A stretch of DNA of 43,385 bases from a virus. Below are positions 36,148 through 41,964 of the stretch, piece by piece. The notes under the pieces were generated by a model, which saw only the letters and a list, made by a program, of their open reading frames with translations, was not told where the DNA came from and made no database searches. Both the position numbers and the translations under genes were made by a program. How positions within the stretch are numbered: the first letter of the stretch is position 1; each line of letters opens with the position of its first letter. The DNA is taken from IMG/VR virus record IMGVR_UViG_3300045988_116410, positions 1 to 43,385 of that record; one strand, 5' to 3'.

Positions 36148-36150
36148 TGT

Positions 36151-36558
36151 CTATGCTGTGGCGCGTCGGTTTGCGGCCATCCAGTCCGTGAGCGCATCGT
36201 GCGGGTAACGGACCACGCTCCCAACCTTCACAAACTCCGGCCCATCCCCAGTGAAACGCCACTCCCCTAGCGTGCGAGCGGACACGCCAAGCATGGACGC
36301 GACGTCGGCGGGCGTGTGCATGAGCCGGGGTTTTTCCGCGGCTTCCGCCCACGTGAGGAACATGTTGGCGGCCTCTGCGAGCTGGTCGCCCTGCGAGGCT
36401 TTGACGTTGACGATGCTCCCGTTTGGGGCGGGGGCTCTCCCGCCGATGTTGACTTGTGCGCCTGTGCGGCGGGCCTCGTCGATCACTGCGGCGAGGATCA
36501 GATTCGCGGCGGCGGGGTCGGTCGTGTGTGCGGTGACTGTGTAGGACTCCTGTGTCAT
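36151..36558 (-). CDS. excisionase-family HTH DNA-binding protein (Xis or early regulator)
   Basis: C-terminal TPADVASMLGVSARTLGEWRFTGDGPEFVKVGSVVRYPHDALTDWM. ATG 36558 chosen. A possible leaderless start lies at 36618. Confidence 0.65.
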   Translation of the reverse strand: MTQESYTVTAHTTDPAAANLILAAVIDEARRTGAQVNIGGRAPAPNGSIVNVKASQGDQLAEAANMFLTWAEAAEKPRLMHTPADVASMLGVSARTLGEWRFTGDGPEFVKVGSVVRYPHDALTDWMAANRRATA

Positions 36559-36615
36559 GTTGGTACTGCCTTCGTTGACGTTCGTGTGGCGTTGCCGGTA
36601 AGGGTTGTCCGACAA

Positions 36616-36654
36616 CATGAAAAATTTTAGTGGCAAAACGTGCTTTCTGCCACT
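36616..36654 (-). promoter_or_regulatory. candidate leaderless promoter (-10 TAAAAT at 36629-36624) overlapped by inverted repeat AGTGGCA-N12-TGCCACT (36629-36654)
   Basis: Minus strand: TAAAAT, 5 nt, then the in-frame ATG (36618). Perfect 7-bp arms lie just upstream. Confidence 0.4.
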
Positions 36655-36664
36655 TGACCAGGCG

Positions 36665-36976
36665 TTAAACCGCGCAGTCTCGCGGCTCCAAACGCGCCCA
36701 ACCACGGTGAACCCCCTCGGGTGTCACAGCCTCAACCGCGTCTGTCGGTTCAGACAGAATCCCCACCGGGAACCGCTTGGTAATTTTGTGACAATCGTCC
36801 GTCCGCCACCTGGTTCCCTCCACGAGGACCACGCGCCCCTGCTGCATCTCTGCCAGGAAATATGCGGGCCTATCAGGCATAATGCCCCGGCCCACCCACA
36901 GGCCAGCAGCCAAGGCCACTAGCGCCATAAGCCATGCGACCGTGCGCACGCTCAATTGTCCGTTGGAACCCGTCAT
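36665..36976 (-). CDS. membrane-anchored hypothetical protein
   Basis: ATG 36976 after GGAAGGAAGGGG. TM segment VAWLMALVALAAGLWV. The track ORF extends to 37165. Confidence 0.55.
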   Translation of the reverse strand: MTGSNGQLSVRTVAWLMALVALAAGLWVGRGIMPDRPAYFLAEMQQGRVVLVEGTRWRTDDCHKITKRFPVGILSEPTDAVEAVTPEGVHRGWARLEPRDCAV

Positions 36977-37192
36977 TGGGGTTGCCCCTTCCTTCCGGTT
37001 ACGACAAGGCCCCCACGCCCGCGTCAGGCAGGGCAGGGGCCTCAAGATTGAATGTTCTGTGCGCCGCGCGGCTTGGTGAGATGAGCCCACCCGCCAGGGT
37101 GGAAACCAGAGGGGGAGAGAGAGGTAGAGAACCCCCCTGGCCGTCACCCCGGCGAGAATGCTCACCCCACCAAACCAGCGCGGCGGGATAGG

Positions 37193-37696
37193 TTAGGCTG
37201 CAGGCACCAGCGCGTACTCGGGCGCGCATGCCTTGTTTTGCCAGAGAATGTCCAGCGTCAGCCCCCAGTCGCCAGTTGGGGCGGCGCGCAGGTGGTCGCG
37301 CCAGTTGGGGCGCGTCATGTCCGGCAATTCGTGCGACGTCGCAGGGTCACGCCTGTTCAGCCACATGAGCGCCCCCAGCCGCGTCTCCACAGGCACGGGC
37401 CACTCACGCGCAAGCTCCCACTTGCCCGACACGCGCATCTCGCGGGCGAGGGCCATAGGCTTGTCGGCATGCAGCAGTAAGTATTCACCCACGCACCACG
37501 TGCTCTGCAGCTCGCCGCCATCCGTGCGCACCAGGCGCATCGTATGCCACCTGTGGTGCTTGGTGGGGGCGTCGTAGACGACGCTCCACCCTGCGACCTT
37601 AGCCGCGCTGCTCAGCATGTCGTTGTAATAGCGTTCCCAGTCCTCCATGACGCGCACGGCCACCGCCGCAACGTCACTTTCGTCGTACCACACCAT
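37193..37696 (-). CDS. hypothetical protein
   Basis: 167 aa, Trp-rich, protein-like composition. Confidence 0.6.
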   Translation of the reverse strand: MVWYDESDVAAVAVRVMEDWERYYNDMLSSAAKVAGWSVVYDAPTKHHRWHTMRLVRTDGGELQSTWCVGEYLLLHADKPMALAREMRVSGKWELAREWPVPVETRLGALMWLNRRDPATSHELPDMTRPNWRDHLRAAPTGDWGLTLDILWQNKACAPEYALVPAA

Positions 37697-37728
37697 TGTT
37701 CACACCGTCTTTCAGTCTTGTGGTCTTG

Positions 37729-37935
37729 TTAGCTCGCCTGTGCGTCGAGCCTGTACGCGCACGCCGACACCACAGTCAGCATGCTCGCAATGTCGTTGAT
37801 TCGAGCGGCCAGGATGCGCGCGTCAGGATCGTCAACCGCCCCAACGCCCGATTCTCTGACCAGTTCCGTGAGCCAGTCGCCCATGCGGGGCGCGGCCACT
37901 GCCATTTCCCCGAGGGGTGTTCTCGCGTGCCCCAC
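37729..37935 (-). CDS. hypothetical protein
   Basis: GTG 37935 lies 5-6 nt after AGGAGG. Confidence 0.55.
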   Translation of the reverse strand: MGHARTPLGEMAVAAPRMGDWLTELVRESGVGAVDDPDARILAARINDIASMLTVVSACAYRLDAQAS

Positions 37936-37944
37936 GCGCCCCTC

Positions 37945-38187
37945 CTAGTCCCCATCCGCCATTGCTAGACGCCAGCGTTCGTCGTCTGCTGCAATGTCGG
38001 CGTAGATGGAAACGGAACTGAGGCTGCTAATGGCCTCGCCTAGCTTGGCGAGGAGGAGCGACTCGGCCTCAGTCGCCATCTTGCCTACCGTCATTTGCTC
38101 CCGTAGCTTTTTCTGCGCGATAGAGAGACTGGCGTGCATGATGCGGGACGTGTCAGCTACGAACGTAAGCCAGTTCGTGTGTTCCAT
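37945..38187 (-). CDS. hypothetical protein
   Basis: ATG 38187 lies 8 nt after GAGGAG. The ORF opens at GTG 38196. Confidence 0.55.
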   Translation of the reverse strand: MEHTNWLTFVADTSRIMHASLSIAQKKLREQMTVGKMATEAESLLLAKLGEAISSLSSVSIYADIAADDERWRLAMADGD

Positions 38188-38192
38188 GCTGG

Positions 38193-38453
38193 TCACTCCT
38201 CGCCCCCGTCAGGGTTAAGCTTGGTTGCCAGGTTTTCAAGCGAGGCTTCAAGATGTCGCATCGCCCCGAGCGCAGCACGCGCATGCACGCGGACCATGCT
38301 CGCCTCGGGCGAGTCTCCCAGCCAGTCGCCGTCCGCGTCGTGACTGTCCCGCACACCCGCCCTAAGCAGGTGAGCGTTAAGACAGTCCGCCCAATAGGCG
38401 ACAAACGCGTTGGTTTTCCGCAGCTCACGCGTCAGCGTATCGTCATCCATCAT
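38193..38453 (-). CDS. hypothetical protein
   Basis: 86 aa, acidic. Confidence 0.55.
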   Translation of the reverse strand: MMDDDTLTRELRKTNAFVAYWADCLNAHLLRAGVRDSHDADGDWLGDSPEASMVRVHARAALGAMRHLEASLENLATKLNPDGGEE

Positions 38454-38483
38454 TGGTCCTATCTGTCCTTGTCGATCGTTCTG

Positions 38484-38723
38484 TTACGCGGCGAGGCCCC
38501 ACAGGCCGCCGTCGCACACCGCCAACGCCAACACGCGGCGGGCGGCAGTCTTGAAGCCCTCACGCGTAACCGGCACGCCCTGCAGAGGCATCCACCGTCC
38601 GGGCTTGTCCGGGTCAGGGCCGCTCATCCAGTCCCCAGCGTCGGCCCACACGCCGTCACGCATGGGGATGCAGGGCTGGTAGGGGGCGGGTGGAACCCAC
38701 CCGCGCGTCATGCTCGCATTCAT
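38484..38723 (-). CDS. hypothetical protein
   Basis: 79 aa, Trp/Pro-rich. Lies 51 nt downstream of TLE-1. Confidence 0.55.
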   Translation of the reverse strand: MNASMTRGWVPPAPYQPCIPMRDGVWADAGDWMSGPDPDKPGRWMPLQGVPVTREGFKTAARRVLALAVCDGGLWGLAA

Positions 38724-38774
38724 TTTTGTCTCACTCTCGTTTCATGTCAGGACAAACCACTTTGATTGTCCTCG

Positions 38775-38825
38775 CTCCCAGGGCGGGACTCGAACCCGCC
38801 ATTACCTCACCACTCAAGCCTGGGA
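38775..38825 (-). ncRNA. tRNA-like element TLE-1 (acceptor stem, D-like hairpin, T-arm; no anticodon arm)
   Basis: Minus strand: UCCCAGG CUU-GAGUGGU-GAG GUAAUG GCGGG-UUCGAGU-CCCGC CCUGGGA G. 7/7 acceptor pairs. The T-arm is identical to that of the phage tRNA-Leu. Confidence 0.7.
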
Positions 38826-38835
38826 AACCGGGAGG

Positions 38836-39186
38836 TCACTCCCAATCGTCAGGAGAATCCACGACCGCGCGCAGCTCGCCAGACTCAACACGCTCCGCAA
38901 GAGACGCCGTAACCGCGCGGGCCGTCAGCAGCGGGGAGAGGGCAAGCATTAGTTCCCCCGCCCCCAGCTTGTCGTCACCCTTACCGCCCTGCAGCCATTC
39001 CTCCGCAAGGGTTTCAACCGAATACGCCGTACCCTCGCGGTCAACAAAGTGCGCCCACTCAGGCGCGTTCACCGCGTCACGCAGCACGTACTCACATTCA
39101 TCCCACGACGCTTTCAGCGCCGTCACCTGTTCGGGCGTCATGTACTCGCCCGCCGCCATCGTCTTGCACCTGCTGGTATCCCTCAT
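38836..39186 (-). CDS. acidic hypothetical protein (paralog of 40540..40875)
   Basis: APEWAHFVDREGTAYS motif. Start chosen downstream of TLE-2 (ATG 39186 after AAGGTGG; ATG 39159 is an alternative). The track ORF runs through TLE-2. Confidence 0.55.
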   Translation of the reverse strand: MRDTSRCKTMAAGEYMTPEQVTALKASWDECEYVLRDAVNAPEWAHFVDREGTAYSVETLAEEWLQGGKGDDKLGAGELMLALSPLLTARAVTASLAERVESGELRAVVDSPDDWE

Positions 39187-39247
39187 AGGGCACCACCTTT
39201 CACACTCAGTTTCAATACGGCCCGCAACCACCATGGCTGCAGGCCCG

Positions 39248-39300
39248 TTCCCTGGCCCGGACTCGAACCGGCACAACGCTCACCATTCAAGCGCCAAGGA
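39248..39300 (-). ncRNA. tRNA-like element TLE-2
   Basis: UCCUUGG CGCUU-GAAUGGU-GAGCG UUGU GCCGG-UUCGAGU-CCGGG CCAGGGA A. The acceptor has 7 pairs (one G-U). The T-stem has 4 bp plus a G.G mismatch. Confidence 0.6.
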
Positions 39301-39307
39301 CACCCCG

Positions 39308-39985
39308 TCATCCGACAATAACCACTGCCCCGCCCGTCACAGGCGTGTCACCCTTGAAGTCATGCACAACCACGGTCGGCACGCCCTCAACACTCGGCCT
39401 GTCCGCATCTTCCATCACGTACACGGTCGCACGCTCGTGCGCGTACACCTCGCCACCCTCGCAGTAGACAACCGACTGGCCGTAGGCCGTCACGTCAACA
39501 TCAGCGCCCATTTCGACAAACGAGCGTTGATAGGCCGTCACGGATGCGTGGCCCCATGCAACCACGTGGGACGTGGCCCGCGCCGTCACCTCCGCACTGT
39601 CATACGCGAACAGGGGGCAGAGCGAATGCGCTTCCACGGTCGCCATATCCCACGCCTGGCCGCGCGCATAGTACCCACACTTGCCGGTAGAACTGTCACG
39701 CCAGTTAACCTGGGCAAAGTCTGTCGCATGCACAACCGCGTCATCCTGCGCTTCAACCATGCTATGACCGCGCGCCGTCAACTGTGCCGTGCCCGATACA
39801 ACCACGCGCGATTCGCCCCGCGCTTCAATCGAGTGCCCGCGCGAGTCCGTCACGAAAATGTAGATCGGAACGTATTTGCCTGGGTCTGAGTGAATCTCAA
39901 TCACCATGTCATCAGACGGGGCCGCTTCCAGCGCCGCGTCCAATTCTTCCTGATTCGTCACGCGAACCACCTTGTCGCCGCTCAT
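39308..39985 (-). CDS. repeat-containing (beta-solenoid-like) hypothetical protein
   Basis: 225 aa with recurring A.G.S.V.A / V.A.G.A.V units, e.g. IEARGESRVVVSGTAQLTARGHSMVEAQDDAVVHA. Confidence 0.6.
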   Translation of the reverse strand: MSGDKVVRVTNQEELDAALEAAPSDDMVIEIHSDPGKYVPIYIFVTDSRGHSIEARGESRVVVSGTAQLTARGHSMVEAQDDAVVHATDFAQVNWRDSSTGKCGYYARGQAWDMATVEAHSLCPLFAYDSAEVTARATSHVVAWGHASVTAYQRSFVEMGADVDVTAYGQSVVYCEGGEVYAHERATVYVMEDADRPSVEGVPTVVVHDFKGDTPVTGGAVVIVG

Positions 39986-40038
39986 TTCCTCAGTCTCCTA
40001 TTCCATGTATCCGAGGCGACCGCCTTGGTCGCCCGTCG

Positions 40039-40094
40039 CTCCCTGTGCCCGGATCGAACAGGCCCTATCTCACCCCCACCATTGGGGACAGGGA
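40039..40094 (-). ncRNA. tRNA-like element TLE-3
   Basis: UCCCUGU CCCC-AAUGGU-GGGG GUGAGAUAGG GCCUG-UUCGAUC-CGGGC ACAGGGA G. 7/7 acceptor pairs. The T-stem has one G-U pair. Confidence 0.65.
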
Positions 40095-40140
40095 TAGCCA
40101 GCGTGTCACGCGCAAAGTCAGTCGGCATTCATCTCCGCTT

Positions 40141-40416
40141 CTAGCTCCTCAGCCTCTCTAAAAGCCTCCTCCCACACGGCCACCGCATCGGCCACCGCCT
40201 TAGCGACCGCCTCATCCGGCGTACGCTCAGCCGGGCCACGCACGCCCGCATCACAAACGCAACCAGCGTCCGATACGAATAGACGCGATACTCATCCCCA
40301 CCCTCAGGGCGCGGGATGCGAACCACATTGAAGTTGGTCGCCACGGGGATAATGTCACCCGCGAAACCATGCCGAACAGCGTACGCCGCCGAATCAATGT
40401 CATGAAGAACAGTCAT
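40141..40416 (-). CDS. hypothetical protein, 3' part probably out of frame
   Basis: The N-terminal ~55 aa look protein-like. The tail is Arg-rich (RLSVRRMRRSLRRWPMRWPCGRR). The -1 frame gives an acidic helical tail ending at 40118. Confidence 0.45.
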   Translation of the reverse strand: MTVLHDIDSAAYAVRHGFAGDIIPVATNFNVVRIPRPEGGDEYRVYSYRTLVAFVMRACVARLSVRRMRRSLRRWPMRWPCGRRLLERLRS

Positions 40417-40469
40417 GACGAAACCTCTTTCTCACATTCTCAAGTAAGGCAACAACCATTGTGGCCCCG

Positions 40470-40530
40470 CCCCTTGCCCAGGATTCGAACCCAGGACCCC
40501 CGCACGGGGGCGCAACCGACTTGCCAAGGG
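40470..40530 (-). ncRNA. tRNA-like element TLE-4 (has an extra 5-bp/tetraloop hairpin in place of an anticodon arm)
   Basis: CCCUUGG CAA-GUCGG-UUGC G CCCCC-GUGC-GGGGG UC CUGGG-UUCGAAU-CCUGG GCAAGGG G. 6 of 7 acceptor pairs. The T-stem has two G-U pairs. Confidence 0.55.
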
Positions 40531-40539
40531 TGAGAACCA

Positions 40540-40875
40540 CTAACGGCCCTCAATAGGACGCAAATCGCCATCCTGAATGCGCTCGTCGATCCAATCCAGC
40601 ATTCCGCAGCGGAAACCAATCGAATCCATCTCGCGAACTATCGCGCCCGCGTCAAACTCGAATCCGGCAACAAGCACCGTCCCGCACACGTCGGTAAGCA
40701 TGCTTTCGTAGGCGTCATTCATCTCACCTTCGGTAAACAGCTCACCCGCCGCGTCCACGTATTCCGCCCAATCGGGCACGCCGCCAAGCTCCGAACGCGC
40801 GAAAGACTCTCGGTCATCCCACGCATCCTGCATCGCTTCCAGCGCATCGCCCGTGACCTCAGTCATGAAACCCAT
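40540..40875 (-). CDS. very acidic hypothetical protein (paralog of 38836..39186)
   Basis: VPDWAEYVDAAGELFT motif. RBS AGAAAGAGG. Confidence 0.6.
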   Translation of the reverse strand: MGFMTEVTGDALEAMQDAWDDRESFARSELGGVPDWAEYVDAAGELFTEGEMNDAYESMLTDVCGTVLVAGFEFDAGAIVREMDSIGFRCGMLDWIDERIQDGDLRPIEGR

Positions 40876-40935
40876 CGTCTTGCCTCTTTCTCAATTGATC
40901 TGTGATAGGACACGCACACGCCATGCGCGCCCCCG

Positions 40936-40986
40936 CTCCTCGGGCGGGACCCGAACCCGCCTAAAACTCACCAATCAAGCCGAGGA
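40936..40986 (-). ncRNA. tRNA-like element TLE-5
   Basis: UCCUCGG CUU-GAUUGGU-GAG UUUUAG GCGGG-UUCGGGU-CCCGC CCGAGGA G. 7/7 acceptor pairs. Confidence 0.7.
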
Positions 40987-40995
40987 ACCACGCCG

Positions 40996-41250
40996 CTAAG
41001 ACGCGGCGTAAAAATCCCAATCGCGCCGATAATCCGTAGACCGCGCATCCGTATACGCATCCCACGCGCCAACGTCCCCACGCATCCCACGCAAAGACGC
41101 CCGCGTAGCGCGCCTAACGCGCTTACCCACAAGCCGACGCGTACCCGTATTCCAACGCGCAAAGTCCTTATCAATCGCCACGCCCTCCGCACACCTGCGG
41201 ATACGCGCCGCCTTGACTCGCCACGGGGCCGTCTTGTCCGTATGTGCCAC
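40996..41250 (-). CDS. basic hypothetical protein
   Basis: GTG 41250 lies 8 nt after GGAGG. The ORF opens at TTG 41265. Confidence 0.5.
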   Translation of the reverse strand: MAHTDKTAPWRVKAARIRRCAEGVAIDKDFARWNTGTRRLVGKRVRRATRASLRGMRGDVGAWDAYTDARSTDYRRDWDFYAAS

Positions 41251-41294
41251 CTCGCACACCTCCAATCATGCGCAACGCCAATCGTCACGCCCTG

Positions 41295-41344
41295 CGCGCG
41301 GGACGGGAATTGAACCCGCCATTACCTCACCACTAAGCCCGCGC
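41295..41344 (-). ncRNA. tRNA-like element TLE-6
   Basis: GCGCGGG CUU-AGUGGU-GAG GUAAUG GCGGG-UUCAAUU-CCCGU CCCGCGC G. 7/7 acceptor pairs. Shares 23 identical nt with TLE-1 but has a completely different acceptor stem. Confidence 0.7.
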
Positions 41345-41373
41345 CGCCCCTTAGTCAGGGGCCAAAGACTCGC

Positions 41374-41895
41374 CTAAGCCGCCGAAACCGAGGTCGGGGG
41401 AACCAGGATGGAAACCCACTCATCCGACGCCACCGCGTCCAAACCGCGCTCATCAAGAGCAAGCGCCCCCTTGGGAAACTCACCATGAGGGAAGTCAAGA
41501 CCCCACATAACCTGCCACCCAAGAGCACGCGCCGCCCGCTCAATCGCATCATGGAAAGCGTTGAAAACCATCTCCCCAATCGCATCAAGCCGGGCGTTAC
41601 CCTGCGCAGAACGCCGATACTCAGGGGCCGGATCATCAACCCACCAATTAGACGGGTCAAACTCGGGACGCCCACACTCATCCCACGCACGAAACACGCC
41701 GCGCCACGTGTGCGTATCCCAATACATCTGAAGAACGCACTCATCCCAATCAGCCGTGCCGGGCATCGTCGCATCGTCATAGAACCAAGCGACCAACTCG
41801 GGAAGCGTCCCATAAGTAAGGAAGCCCCTAACAGCCACATCCGCACAACGCGCCGCCGCCGCCAAACCCTCAACCAAAGTAGCCAATGTAAACAC
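41374..41895 (-). CDS. hypothetical protein
   Basis: Trp/Asp-rich, protein-like, about 170 aa. Start is GTG 41895 or, by analogy with gene 40416, TTG 41886 (8 nt after GAGAGG). Confidence 0.6.
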   Translation of the reverse strand: MFTLATLVEGLAAAARCADVAVRGFLTYGTLPELVAWFYDDATMPGTADWDECVLQMYWDTHTWRGVFRAWDECGRPEFDPSNWWVDDPAPEYRRSAQGNARLDAIGEMVFNAFHDAIERAARALGWQVMWGLDFPHGEFPKGALALDERGLDAVASDEWVSILVPPTSVSAA

Positions 41896-41964
41896 CTCTC
41901 ACATTCTCAACAGGCCCCCACCCTGAGGACCAGAATCAGCGCCGCCCACCATTAGGCGCGCCCG

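Noticed and set aside
36977-37192. Plus-strand CTTGGTGAG motifs at about 37069-37077 and 43017-43025, considered as additional tRNA-like elements in the opposite orientation.
   Set aside because: No adjacent T-loop (TTCGANT) or acceptor pairing could be found. Only simple GC hairpins are present (CCACCC-GCCA-GGGTGG and CCCCC...GGGGG).
38775-38825. Mini-ORFs starting at the ATG inside GGTGAGGTAATG of TLE-1 (23 codons) and TLE-6 (18 codons).
   Set aside because: The ATG and reading frame are not conserved in TLE-2, TLE-3, TLE-4 or TLE-5. The peptides are unrelated, and the conservation pattern is that of base-paired RNA.
38690-39889. 399-aa plus-strand ORF, plus other plus-strand ORFs between 30.6 and 42 kb (e.g. 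30681..31277, 33071..33802, 34378..34896, 41485..41955).
   Set aside because: They have Ser/Arg/Pro/His-rich nonsense composition and no RBS. They are antisense to coherent, translationally coupled minus-strand genes, and they run straight through the tRNA-like elements.
41355-41873. Alternative-frame ORF (172 aa, MRVWRRRRVVRMW...) overlapping gene 41374..41895. Similar Arg-rich alternative frames overlap other genes (e.g. 40968..41288, 127..372, 572..790).
   Set aside because: Their Arg/Trp/Leu-rich composition is typical of off-frame GC-rich sequence, and the competing frame encodes a protein-like sequence.
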